From NCBI GenBank assembly GCA_032718475.1, contig JAUCBJ010007289.1, forward strand, positions 1 through 64,000: DNA of 64,000 nucleotides. The letters run 5' to 3'. Position 1 is the stretch's first letter, and the number at the start of each line of letters is the position of its first letter. The position numbers and the translations under genes were made by a program. The stretch is from Nemertoderma westbladi (taxonomy: Eukaryota; Animalia; Xenacoelomorpha). The notes beneath the pieces are model-generated. The model searched no databases, was not told the DNA's origin, and saw only the letters and a program-made list of their open reading frames with translations. Positions 48,590 through 61,859 of this stretch are shown in pieces.

Positions 48590-51000
48590 TCTTCAGGTGC
48601 CTAGAGAGGTCTGATTTCCAGAAGGTATAATTTTTTATAGAGCTACCCAGGCCTTTGCTTTCCTAACTTCTATGTCTTTTTTGCTACTCTCTATCCATGA
48701 TCCAAGGTACTGGAAGTCACCGACCTTGCTTAGTTGATTATTATCAATATTGTTGTAAAGTTTCCATTAACATTAAAGGTCATGAATTCGGTCTTGGTAG
48801 CATTTATATGCAATCCAACCTCCTTAGCTGCCCTCTCCACTTTATTTAGTAGAAGCTGTGTATCTGCTAGTGTATTAGAGAGCAGGGCGATGTCATCCGC
48901 AAAGTCGGTGGCTGTGACTGCAGTTGCCGGATATCTACAACTTCTGCGTTCTTGTCGTGTGAATCCCAGATCTTCTCCCTTTGTGGCCGTCCTCATTGCA
49001 TAATCCAGTACAATTACAAATAGCAAGGGTGCTAATGTGTCGTCACATTGCATTACGCCAGCCAGGATTGAGAAGAATTAAGTTTCACCATCTGGTGAGA
49101 GTACCTGAGCTTTTGTGTCACAGTATAACAATCCATTGCCAGCAACAATTACTTCTGGTATTCCATAAGCTCTTAGGATTTCAAGCATTTTACCTCTAAG
49201 GATGGAGTCGAATGCCTTCTTGAAGTCCACAAAAGTCATGACTGCGGGGAGATTCTTTAACTTAATTCCCTCAATCAGTCACCGTAGCGCAAGTATATGA
49301 GCTATTGTTGATCTATTTGGTCGAAATCCGTTTTGGCACTTATGGATCAGTTTCTCTATGTGAAATTCTTTATAATAATTCTTTTTATTTATTATAATAA
49401 TTATCTATGTCATCATGTCCATCCTGCCCCCCACTCGCTACTCTCGGCCAACTATAGCTGCTCACACGCTCCTTTTATCTCATTACTAACTAACTACAGT
49501 ATATGGTGAAGGGTTGGACAGTATAAATATGTCCACATATAATGTCTAACTATATTTTATTGTGCTTATTTACCCCGAACGGGGGTGTATCTTTTGTTAA
49601 AAAAATAATTATCTATGTCTAATTCTTTATAGAATCATTTTGTTGTATATTTTCGAAGTTACCACAAACAGACGGATTCAACGATAGTTTGTTGGTATAC
49701 CAAAGTCTCCTTTTTTGGGGGAAGCAATAGTTGACTTTTAGTCCAAATTGGTGGTGGCTTTTCCCCTTTCAGCATCCGGGTCAAATAATGGTCGGTTTAG
49801 CACTCCTGTTTTCCATACCTCAGCAGGGATTTCATCTAATCCACTCGCTTAATGATTGGACATGCTTTTAATGCTTCTTTGGAGTTCGGCAGGTGTGAAG
49901 TCCACTGTTTCTGTAGGTAGCATCGTGTTATATATTTTCCTTGTAGGCCTGACCTTGATGTTTGGTGGCTGCCCATGCCCAAGCAAGCTGCTGAAGTGAT
50001 TTTTCCACTTCCCAACACGTTCTTCAGGACTATCAGCTTTGAAGCGCCCCTTAGCACAACTTTCCGACCAGATACCTCATTTACAGTTTGGCAGGTAAGT
50101 CTTGATTGTTGCTGTATGTGAGCAGTTGCAATTTCTTCAATTTTATCCTCTATATACTTCTCCTGGCTGATGTTGTAGGCAATTTTAAGTATTTATGTTT
50201 AATTTTAAGTTTTAAGTGAGAGCATAGCTTAGCTTTCTCAACCTTGTTAATGTTTTCGGTTGTTGGTTGTTCGGTTTCTACTTTGTAAGCTATCTTAAGA
50301 TCTTCTCTCTTAGAAGTAACCTCAGAGTTTTGCCATGGCACATACTGTTTTCGTTTGGGTATCTGGGGAATATCCTCTTGGCTGATTCCTTGTGGGCTTT
50401 TATTATTTTCTGGTATATTGAATCGGTGGACTGGTCTTCATCCATTGACTGAAGTGCTTCAAAGCGGTTTTGAACTTCTACTGTATAAGCATCCTTTACA
50501 GCATTGTCAGTTCTGAGTTTCTCCCAGTCATAGTTGATTTGCTTGCTTGTCCTGGGTTTGCTGGCTCTCAAACTGAGTCTGATCTCTGCAGTCACAATTC
50601 TGTGGTCCGAACCAATTAGGTTGAATGATCTGTATGACTCGCAGTTAATCATGCTGTTTCTCAACTTTTTGTTTATAAGGATGTAATCCAGCTGTGCTTT
50701 GGATCCATTAGGGCATTAAAAGTGTGAATACCACATTCACACGAGTTCACACGATTCACCGAGTTTGTCGATTAAATTTTCTTTCTTCCATTAGGTCTAA
50801 AAGTAAGTACCCATTTCTGATAGAACTGGTGTTATAGGTATAACTATAGGTGTTATTGATGTCTTCTGGGCTAATTTTTGCATTCAGGTAACGAGCAATG
50901 ACTTTGATATTGTGTTTCGGAATGTACTTTATAGTCCAGTTAGATCTTCATAAAACATGACTGGTTGTTCTGGCTCTAGTTGGACTGTAGCAACATATTC
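48590..51000 (-). mobile_element. Decayed RTE element (endonuclease and RT remnants), different family from 6182-8168
   Basis: AQLDYILINKK..SDHRIVTAEIRLSL, FVDFKKAFDSI, DTLAPLLFVIVLDY, TDFADDIALLS, FQYLGSW. Confidence 0.85.
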
Positions 51001-51634
51001 CTGGATGTTCTAGAATATTTCAATATGCATAATTACAATTAATTCCCTACAAATATATATTATAATTATAATAATAATTATAATTATAAATATAATATAT
51101 ATATTAGATTCGCCGTTGTTCATAATTAGCACTTTAAAGCTTTATGGCCCTCGTTTTGTTATTACAAAACTAGTTTACAAAATCACTCGTATTTAATGAA
51201 CAATGACGTTTATAGTTAATATTGCCAAATAAATAAAATAAATGTAATACTATTATTTTGTTGATAATTTAAGTTGATATTTTATGTAGGTAAGTTAAGT
51301 TGATAAATATTAATATTATATTATTTTCACGTTTTCTCATTGTATATGTAGTGTTGTGGGGTGTGGGGTGGGTTGTGAAACGTTCTAAGTCTGAAATTAT
51401 ATTTGAGAAAACACGGTTTCATAAAACTATAACTGAAAAAATAGCTTTTAAAAAAACAAGGTTGGATAAATGTCGTGGAAATAACTATTTACATCATTGT
51501 GTGCAAAGCAGCACTTTGCAGCGTTATGATCCGAGTTTATTTATGTACCGAGCGAGCGCAGCGATGGAGGTTTACATCAATAAACAAGGGTCTTTAACGC
51601 TGAAAGGTGACCTTTGCAAGCAATGGTATATGTA

Positions 51635-52214
51635 ATTTTGTTACATTATGTCAACTTATCAGCGTTCTGTATGTGATGAAAGGATTTTATGGATGCGCAT
51701 TTAAACATTTTAATAATGTACTATTTCAAATATAAGTGAAATTTATTAACAGGTACACAGTATTAATTATACATTTAAATCTAATTAAAGTTTATTTGAA
51801 GTTATCTCGTGCATAGATTTGATAAATCGTTAATCCATTTTGATTTTAGTCGACTGAAGCAAACTTAGTCACCGTCTGTGTCCTTTCAGTTTTACTGAAC
51901 ACTGTCGCCATTTTCTTTGGTCATTTTAGTTTCTTCTATTGGACGTCTCTACATAATGGATTACATTACTCGTTAAACAATTATTTACATACAGTAGCTA
52001 GTCCCGTCACTGCAAACTGAATAATAAAGCAGCATTCATTAACATAAATGGAAATAATACATGCTGGAATACGGTAATTGAAATTGTTTCCATGCCATTG
52101 ATTACTTTGCAACGTTCCGTCCTATAGGCCGTAACGCTGCAAAGTAGTACTTTGCAGCGTTAAAATACGAGTAATTCACCAGAACGCTGTTAAGTTGACA
52201 TAATGTAACAAAAT
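51635..52214. mobile_element. Non-coding element bounded by 35-bp inverted repeats
   Basis: attttgttacattatgtcaacttatcagcgttctg / cagaacgctgttaagttgacataatgtaacaaaat (1 mismatch), with an internal hairpin at 52101-52148. Confidence 0.65.
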
Positions 52215-52511
52215 GTATTTCATCACTAATCCTTTGGAAAAAAGGAGGGAAATTCAAACGTACTCCCAATTAATCAAATTCTGAATTTTCATTTAAAGTA
52301 GGACTTAGACCTTAAACCACATAATCCATAATGCATAATGTACTGTAGATTAGAAAATCTTTTAGAATATAAATATATATTTTTTTAAATAATATGTTTA
52401 ATACTAAGGACTGTTGACTTGACATCACTTTTTGGTCCGCGTAGCGAGAGTCACTCAGTTGTTGTTGTTTTTTAAAACAACGGTTAGATTTTAGTTTTAT
52501 AATGCTTCATA

Positions 52512-52586
52512 CGGCGCAGTAGTGGCGACGTTGGTAGAGCGTTAGACTTTGAATCTCTAGGTACGGAGTTCAATCCCACTTACAGG
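52512..52586 (+). pseudogene. tRNA-derived SINE head or tRNA pseudogene (Gln-like TTG loop)
   Basis: tggcgacgttggtagagcg (A box), ttagactttgaatct, gagttcaatccc (B box). The acceptor stem does not pair. Confidence 0.6.
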
Positions 52587-54133
52587 TTAATTTTTTGGTA
52601 GTAAGCCATTCAAGGAGACAGTTCATGCGTTAGTAGACGCGGACCTTTGTGCGATTTCGAGCTTGTTTTTAGATATAAAACAAAAGAATTACAATATTAT
52701 AAGTGCACCAGGTACTGTACAATGTGTATCAACGATCTGCTCCCCTTTCTGCATATAGTATGGATGTAAACCAATGTAGACCCTACTAGTTCGTGGGACG
52801 TTCGGCTCACAAGTAATCAATCATATCAAGCTTAATATACCGGGACCACTTTATAAAGAGTTGATAAGCGCCCTTTAGCAGGAGACCGGGGAAATGCTAA
52901 GTCTCCCAGTCCCCCACACAAATTTTATTTCAGAATTTTGATAGACTACATGTGTTCCAAGATTTCCGGAGATTACTACTACACCAAGGTCCCACCTTGG
53001 TGTAGGTCGTGGGTTCGACCCTCGCATTGGGCAGGGCAGTTTTTATTTCGGCACGAATGCTTTGTAGGGACTACCCGACCGATATGATACTTACTTTATA
53101 AGGCTTTAAACGCCATTATGAATTCTGAAACTTAGTATTTTTTTTTTATTTATTAGCACTTATTTTAAAGTGCAGATGAACTACTTCTTGTTGATGGTGT
53201 TGGATACCAGTTCTGAAGATCTGGCTCTGATCCCAAACGAAATCTGCTGCAACAATGTTTTATATCTCTATTAAATTGTTACTACGCTTCGATGCATCTT
53301 CCGATCCATCATGGTGGAATCAGGATGATCTAATGCAAATGACCCGAACTTCAGGTTAATAAACAAGAGCAGGAACAGCTGGTGTTGTTGAGCTGTCACA
53401 ATGGATCGACTCATCTAAGTCGCAGAACATGATGCCACGTGTTTCTCTTCTGTCATTAATAATTGCTGAGAGACATATAACACAGGATGCTCTTCAGATA
53501 TACACGTTCGAGGGACCTTCGCGCAGCACGAGGCTCGGTTATGAGATACAAATTAATTGTATCACAAACTCGGTATCTAAGAAATTTAACCAAACACCAG
53601 TAAATCAATGAGAGGGAAAAGCCCCCCCTCTTAACATCCCTCTTAATTTGCACCACCCCAACCTAAAGGCAACGATTGGAGGTATTAACATAAAATATGT
53701 ATTTTAAAAGTAATATGTAATATTATTATTTTTAATATAACACAAAATACAACTGGAAGCGATTCACAAATATACAAACAGCACAAATTTCTAGCAAAAA
53801 TAATTAAAGATAGAATATTATTTAATTTACATAACCAACAAAGAAATCAATAAACCCATGTTATTATTGGTAACATGTTAAACTCATAAAGTAATATATT
53901 AAAATTTTAGGCGTGGAGGCAACCCAACTTGTAAGAAATATAAAAGTTACTTTATGCCGATAGTATTGATACTGAGATATTAATTTATTGTCAACACCTC
54001 AATGAAATTATTTAGCTAATATATTCTAAAGATAAACAAAAGTTAAAGATGGTTACAGGACAAGTTGTATCAAGACAAGTTTTTTCAAAATTATAAACAA
54101 AACATTTTTATAGTCAATTTTCTTTTTTTTTAA

Positions 54134-54288
54134 TTGGGGGCTGCCGCCCCCAACCCCCTTCTTCTTTTCTTGGGGGCTGCCGCCCCCAAACCCCTGCTTC
54201 TTTTCTTGGGGGCTGCCGCCCCCAAACCCCTGCTTCTTTTCTTGGGGGCTGCCGCCCCCAAAGCCCCGCTTCTTTTCTTGGGGGCTGC
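54134..54288. repeat. 36-bp GC-rich minisatellite, about 4 units, each with a hairpin gggggc-tgcc-gccccc
   Basis: Read directly from the sequence. Confidence 0.9.
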
Positions 54289-54556
54289 AGATAATAAATT
54301 GACTAAGCCTAAAGTAGGAGCTGTATTGAACGTTAACCAAATTAATATATAAATTACTACAATATTATATAATTCAACAAAATCCTAGTAAAAATATTGC
54401 AAGTAACCAGGAAATTTAATTAATTTACCGATATGTAATGCTGAACACAGAATACAGGTCGACGCATGTCGATTTTACCCTGGAGAGGTATAATTTTGAT
54501 TGCAACAATAATATTCATCCTCATCTGCTACAATTTGAAGAAGACTATTACATAAT

Positions 54557-55106
54557 TTATTAAGTAATTAAACAGGACTAAGGATTATAGGACTAAGGAC
54601 TATAGCAAATGGAGCGGAAAAAATTAATTCGCCACCAGCGGGGATCGAACCCGCGTCTCCCGAAAAACGTTCAGGCTATATGCTAACCACTACACCACGG
54701 AGGCTCCTACATCTTTCCGATTGATTTGCTATAGGCGGTAAGCTACCTTACGGTTGCTATTGAATACAGTCCTCCTTAAGGATGGATTTAATCTGTATTC
54801 TAATACAGTAGCAGTTATGACCTGTACTGCAAACGAATGTTATTGTATATGTGTTTAACATCCATAGATTGTATAAATTATTAAGTAATTAAACAGGACT
54901 AAGGATGATCCAACTCTATAGCAAATGGAGCGGAAAAAATTAATTCGCCACCAGCGGGGATTGAACCCGCGTCTCCCAATAAACGTTCAGGTATGCTAAC
55001 CACTACACCACGGAGGCTCCTGCATCTTTGAAATTGGATCATCCTTAGTCCTGTTTAATTACTTAATAATTTATACAATCTATGGATGTTAAACACATAT
55101 ACAATA
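54557..55106 (-). mobile_element. tRNA-derived element with partial tandem duplication and inverted terminal segment
   Basis: 13-bp TSD actattacataat (54544-54556 / 55107-55119); direct repeats ~54557-54715 / ~54878-55030, each with a minus-strand tggtgtagtggt..gggttc(a/g)atccc cassette; 75-bp inverted repeat 54839-54913 / 55034-55108. Confidence 0.8.
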
Positions 55107-55234
55107 ACTATTACATAATAATACATATAATTAAAACAATTAATTATTATAATTCTATAGTTAATAAAAACAGTATATCATTCGGGGGATGGAATTTTAG
55201 GTCATCTAATTAATTGTTTAAAGATTAGCAATCA

Positions 55235-55800
55235 ATACACGTTCGTGGGGACTTCGCGCAGCACGAGGCCTAGTTATTATATACAAATTAAAATGCAGCG
55301 ACTGTATCACAAAATCAGGTTTTGAGAAATTTACCCACACCACCAATCAATCAAAGAAAGGTGGACAGTACGTGTTCACCCCTTTTAATCTCCCCCCCCC
55401 CCACCCTTCCCAACCACCAATACATAACCGCGACATCTACCACCCACGGAAGGGTAGCACGAACTTATTTCCAATCGCACGTTAAATATGCAAAGCCAGG
55501 TGGTTTATAGGAATATAATAAACGCAGTACTCGTTTTCATTATAAGCCTCTTTGCGTTCGTCCTGTTTTGTATTTAAATATATTTCTTAAACGCAAGCTA
55601 GGACGATCTTTATAATAATAATAACTAGGGATGCGATCAATATGTGAAGCCAGGTGGTTTATATAATAATTTAGTCAACGCAGTACTCGTCTTCATTATA
55701 TGCCTCGTTGCGCTCGTCGCTTGTCCTGTTTTGTCATAAAATGTTTTTCCTAAACGCAGACTGACGATCTTTATACAGTTATAACTATGCGAAGTTTCGA
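55235..55800 (+). repeat. Repeat head plus about 2.5 units of a ~125-bp satellite
   Basis: Head acacgttcgtggggac..gcacgaggcc also occurs near 53500 and 57650. Unit core aacgcagtactcgtcttcattataagc. Confidence 0.85.
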
Positions 55801-56329
55801 AACTGTGCGAGTAACTGTTGATACATCTATGTGGAGATGTGTGATATGTGGAGATGTGTGATACAACGCCAACGCATCTTATGCCGATGTAGTAATATGG
55901 GTATTGAAATAATATTAAATCAATGTACACTCTTAAAGCTGCAGCGAAAAAATGTAGCTAATTTCCTAGGTTAAATATAAAATAATAATATTATTTTTAA
56001 GAACATTAATTTTACTACTTTGCAAAAATTCAATTAAAAAATAACCAGACATATACATTGTGGAATAAACTATTTCAGAAGCCTACAACAGCCATGCCAT
56101 GGATTGTATTTATGTTATTATATCTGTCATTTAACTGAGATAGCAATAGTAGTAATAGTCGAACGGTTATGCGGCCCGTCCAGCCTATAATAAACACAAT
56201 TCGGTGATTGGGCTGGAATAGCAATACTGGTTGCCTCTATTACAATTCCTCTCAGGTTAGTCTACAGCCACAACTCCCAGCAGCTAGCTCCACACCAGCA
56301 GAGACTTGACCAATAATGGGAAGGATTAA

Positions 56330-56797
56330 ATTTGTACTCAATAATTGTGCGGTTTAATTACGTTTAGATCAATTAAAGACACATTTATTAAAGCAAATCA
56401 CTTAAACTAATTAAAAACTATAATAGAATGGCGTATGGGGATTATATCTGTATAATTTTTAAGTATAATTATTTAAATCTTATACTGTAAAACAATTAAT
56501 TTCCTTTAAAAGGCAGGTTGAAAATGGCGTTTTCACCGCAATCAACTTAATTAACTAATTAACTGCTATTATCTTAGCTTCTCGAAGGCCACACGGAAAT
56601 TCTACTTGGAAAATTTCTAAACTTTTGCCAAACAACATGTGTACCAAGTTTGGATAGATTTCATCAAAGATTGGCCGAGTTATTAACGTTTAAAATTGAA
56701 CACGACAGAACGACAGAACGACAGAACGACAGAACGACAGGTTGATTAATGGTACCACTACGCTAAGGCTCACTCACTTCGTGGCTCGCCCCACAAT
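56330..56797 (+). mobile_element. HINE/DINE-like element body
   Basis: gtaccaagtttgg, (acagaacg)n microsatellite and 3' motif ggctcactcacttcgtggctcgcc. Homologous to 57230-57655 and 60830-61285. Confidence 0.65.
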
Positions 56798-57229
56798 GTA
56801 ATTGCATTGATAAAACCTATAAATAAAACTTGGATATAAAATGTAAAATCGGGATGCGAAAGATTACTTTCTGAGCTACGAAAGGAAAATTGGATACAAC
56901 TTGTCTGGATACAAGCGGTCCGTTTACCTTACAAAATGAAAAATACGAATGTGCGAAGTTAAGAACAGTCGGGGGGGGGGGGGGGGGGTGAGTGTCCGGG
57001 GAGGAAGTGTCCTACTTGAGCGGGGGGGGGGAGTGTCCGGGGCGGAAGTGTCCGAACACCGTACTCGGCCAATCATTTTGTAAGCTAAACACAATAACCA
57101 TGCTGGCTTATTAGTCTGGCTCATTACAATGCTGCCTTTGAGTAGAGGTGAGGTGTGGTTGGACTGGTTCCCCTTCCAAGCTAGGCTAGGCTTGCCAAGG
57201 AAGGAGGAAGCTATTGCAGGAGATGGGCA

Positions 57230-57655
57230 ATTTTAATAAGTTAATTACGTTTAAATCAATTAAAAACACTTTTCTAAAAGCAAATCTCTTCAACTAATTA
57301 AAAACTATAATGGAATGGGCTATGGGGAATACAACTGTATAATTGTTAAGTATAATTATTTAAATCTTATACTAGAAAATAATTAATATCCTTTAAGAGG
57401 CAGGTTGAAAATGCAGTTTTTACACTAATCAACTTAATTAACTAATTAACTGCTATTATCTTAGCTTCTCGAAGGCCACACGGAAATTCAACTTGGAAAT
57501 TTTCTAAACTTTTGCCAGACTACATGTGCCCACACCCAGTTTGGATAGATTTCATTAAGATTTGGCTGAGTTATTAACGTTTAAAATTGGACACAACAGA
57601 TCAACAGAACAACAGAACGACAGAAAAACAGAACGACAGAAAAACAGAACGACAC
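57230..57655 (+). mobile_element. HINE/DINE-like element, second copy, 3' end replaced by another repeat
   Basis: Colinear with 56350-56740. Confidence 0.65.
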
Positions 57656-57904
57656 GTTCGTGGGGACACTGCGCAAAGCACGAGGCCCAGTTATGAGATA
57701 CAAATTAAAATTGAGCGACTGTATCACAAAATCAGTATTTGAGAAATTTAACCACACTGCCAATCAATCCAAGAAAGGGGGACAATACGTGTTCAGCCCT
57801 TTTAATTTGCACCTGCCCCCCCCCCCTCCCCTTTCCACCCTCAAATACATAACCGCGACATCTACCACCCACGGAAGTGTAGCACGAACTTAGTTCCAAT
57901 GGCA

Positions 57905-58690
57905 CGTTGAATTTGCGAAGAGGCGGTTTATAGGAGTATAGTCAACACAGTACTCGTCTTTATTATAAGCCTCGTTGTGCTCATCCTGTATTGTATTTAA
58001 ATATATTTCCTAAACGCAGACTGACAATCTGTATTATTTAACTATCGATGCGTGCAATATGCGAAACGAGGTATGGGTTATAGAAATATAATCAACGCAG
58101 TACTCGTCTTCATTATTATAAGCGTAGTTGCGCTCGTCCTGTTTTGAATTTAAATATATTTCCTAAACGCAGACTGACGATCTTTATAACTATCGATACG
58201 TTCAATATGCGAAGCCAGATGGTTTAAAGGAATATAATAAACGCAGTACTCGTCTTCATTATAAGCATCGTTGTGCTCGTCCTGTTTTGTATTTAAATAT
58301 ATTTCTTAACCACAGACTGACGATCTTTATAATAATAATAACTAGGGATGCGTTCAATATGTGAAGCCAGGTGGTTTATATAATAATATAGTCAACGCAG
58401 TACTCGTCTTCATTATAAGCCTCGTTGTGCTCGTCCTGTATTGTATTTAAATATATTCCTAAACGCAGACTGACAATCTGTATTATTTAACTATCGATGC
58501 GTGCAATATGCGAAACGAGGTATGGGTTATAGAAATATAATCAACGCAGTACTCGTCTTCATTATTATAAGCGTAGTTGCGCTCGTCCTGTTTTGAATTT
58601 AAATATATTTCCTAAACGCAGACTGACGATCTTTATAACTATCGATGCATTCAATATGCGAAGCCAGGTATGATTTATAGGAATATAATG
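57905..58690 (+). repeat. ~125-bp satellite array, about 6 units
   Basis: Repeated aacgcagtactcgtcttcattataag..aaatatatttcctaaacgcagactgac. Confidence 0.9.
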
Positions 58691-59820
58691 CAATCGATGC
58701 AGTAATGATATTCAAATAATTAATTTAATACCAGTACCCTCTGTTAATGCCTCAGTGTAAAAATATTTGATGACACAAAAAGTAGGCGATCTAAATTTAC
58801 CCTGTTAACCTGTACTATACAGTACAGCCAATATAATTCCGGCATATACATTGTGGTTTAACTTTTAGTTAATGAGACTCAAGCAAATCCAATTGTCAAC
58901 AACTGGAACTTATGTACTGTAACAAAAACACACACATGTAATCACTCTGATTTTAGTTGAAGGATCAGATCTTTCTTTTAGATACTGTATATTCAAACTT
59001 TAGGATTTTTATATTATTAACATTGATTTTGTCTTTGTCTTAATATTACAAATATCCTGTCACACTCACCATAGTACAAATGTGATGGAAATCCCAAATA
59101 AACTGGGATCAGTTGTAATACAAGATGGTAGTGCAAAAATGGTTGTTCTAAACGACAGTAACAAGATAATTCTTACCGAAGCTTCTAACGTTTCTGGAAA
59201 ACCTAGCAGTGATAGAAAGTTCAGATGAGATTGTACAGTAATAGAAAGTACATCATATAAAATAAAGCGTAAAGCTGGGAACATATTGATCCTCAAACCG
59301 ATAGATGTTCGTTCAACTTCACAATCAGTAGGCCTACGACCACGGGGCAGTGAAATTGACACAAACAAACCAATAGCCGGAGATACAGATACAGATACAG
59401 AATGGGAACATCTGGCTAAGGCAATGATGAATCGTTTGGTCGGCAGTATGGCCGGCACTGATGATGGACCTCATGCCTTACCTGCGGAACAAAGCTCTGG
59501 ATTGGAACTCATCTACGCTATAGGAGGCGATTCATTGAATTGCAGGATGTTATGATGACGTTGACGTCGACGGAACAAGTCAGGAGGCAAGTCAGGAAAT
59601 CGCATCGCGTCCTCAGGGCTCTGTTATCAGCCTTACTGACACTCATTAGATACAGGAGTGCCCTATTTCCTAAAGATCGCGAAGCTATGCTTGTGTGTTA
59701 TGCTAATCTACAAGACATGGCGCCACTCAATAGCTTCGAATACCTAATATTAAATGAGATCTGTCTGTCTATTACCTGAGACGAAAACTGGACGCAATGG
59801 GATCTGTCTGTCTATTATCT

Positions 59821-60055
59821 GAGACGGAAACTGGACGCAAAACCCGCCTTGGCGAATTAATATCCCGCCTCAATGTTAAATTCTCAATTTAGGGAAAGGA
59901 GCAGGTTACAGTGGCACATTATTTTAACCAAAACATTAAACTAAACACATTAGAACAGGTTACAGTTTTATTTTTGAGAGTAATCATCTGTTATTTGCGT
60001 CGAATTTCCCCAGGAGAAGGATGAATTTTTATTGGGTCCAGTTTTCCCCCCTCTG
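59821..60055 (+). mobile_element. MITE copy (35688 family)
   Basis: gagacggaaactggacgcaa...gtccagttttcccccctctg, preceded by a ~43-bp duplication of the junction. Confidence 0.8.
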
Positions 60056-60316
60056 TTAATGGGGTGGTATAAGTAAGAAGAAAAACGAATTGCCTAATAC
60101 TAACTAAGACTAACATCCAAATGAAATGAGGGGTGCGGGCACTAATGACTCGTGGGCACTAACGTCTCACTTGCAGACAAGGTCCTCGGGCACTAATGAC
60201 TCGCGGGCACTAAAGTCCTGAAACATTAGTGCCCGCGGGCACTAACGTCCCCCATTCGGTTAGTTATATACAACCCCCACCCCCCTCCACTCGCCTTCCC
60301 AGTAAATCATTGTGAG

Positions 60317-60797
60317 CAACTGGCTGCTCTACACATCCTTACCTATCTATCTATGGACCAGCACCAACTGGCTGCTCTACACATCCTTACCTATCTATCT
60401 ATGGACCAGCACCAACTGGCTGCTCTACACATCCTTACCTATCTATCTATGGACCAGCACCAACTGGCTGCTCTACACATCCTTACCTATCTATCTATGG
60501 ACCAGCACCAACTGGCTGCTCTACACATCCTTACCTATCTATCTATGGACCAGCACCAACTGGCTGCTCTACACATCCTTACCTATCTATCTATGGACCA
60601 GCACCAACTGGCTGCTCTACACATCCTTACCTATCTATCTATGGACCAGCACCAACTGGCTGCTCTACACATCCTTACCTATCTATCTATGGACCAGCAC
60701 CAACTGGCTGCTCTACACATCCTTACCTATCTATCTATGGACCAGCACCAACTGGCTGCTCTACACATCCTTACCTATCTATGGACCAGCACCAACT
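60317..60797. repeat. 48-bp minisatellite, 10 units
   Basis: caactggctgctctacacatccttacctatctatctatggaccagcac repeated perfectly; the last unit is 4 nt short. Confidence 0.97.
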
Positions 60798-60829
60798 TGC
60801 TTGTCGACCAATAAATGAGCAGTATTTAA

Positions 60830-61285
60830 TGCCGTTTTAATTACTTTAGATCAATTAAAGACACATTTATTAAAGATAATCACTTGAAATAATTAAAAAC
60901 TATAATGGAATGGGGTTTGGGGATTACAGCTGTATAATTTTTAAGTATAATTATTTAAATCTTATACTAGAAAATTATTAATTTCCGTTAAAAGACAGAT
61001 TTGAAAATGCTGATTTTACCGCAATTCATTAAATAACTAATTAAGTGCTTTTTATCTTAGCTTATCGAAGGCCACACGTAAATTCTACTTGTAAAATGTC
61101 TAACTTTTGCCAAAAACCATGTGTTCCAAGTTTGGATAGATTTCATCGAGTTTAAATATTGGACACGACAGACAGGTATGATTAATGGTACCACTTCGCT
61201 AAGGCTCACTTACTTCGTGGCTCGCTAGCTTGAGCTAGTGGTACCTGTATGCTAAGCTCGCTTACTTTCGTGGTTCGCCCCACAT
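60830..61285 (+). mobile_element. HINE/DINE-like element, third copy
   Basis: Colinear with 56350-56797, with the 3' motif duplicated. Confidence 0.65.
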
Positions 61286-61859
61286 TGATCTACATTCGTG
61301 TTTTATATGTTGATCTCACATTGTTAGGACACCTGGCAATGTGTGATAAGGCAAAGGTGTTTTAAATGTAATGTAATATAATATGACAACAACATGATTT
61401 TATATTAATTTGCTGGGTCGCAATTGTACTTTTCGCAATTGACCGGACGCTGTATTATTTATATTAATTATACTTATTTAAATTACTGTAGCTACATTTT
61501 AAAATTTTTATTTAAGAGGATGTTGGAGCAAAGCCAGCCGACCTTGGCGTTGACGTATGACGATGGCCTTGGTTGGAGCAACATTATTCGCATTGTTATT
61601 TTCTGGAATGCTTTTTATATTAATTTTACTAAGGTTGTCTTGTATGTGTAATGAGGCCTCAATCATCACGCGATATTTTTCAGCGCGGTACACCACAGGT
61701 AATTATACATATATATACATCATACAGTACATTCAATTGAGGTGTGATTTCCAGATGATATCCATTATCAATGAATCCTTTCAGGCGCATTTCCTTTACT
61801 AAGTCGAATGCGAATCTTAAAGTCGTCAAATGTCAGAACTGCAGGAAGGTTATTTGATT

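Noticed and set aside
60312-60818. 168-aa and 153-aa repetitive ORFs; CRISPR-like look
   Set aside because: By-product of a 48-bp stop-free tandem unit. There are no unique spacers and no cas genes.
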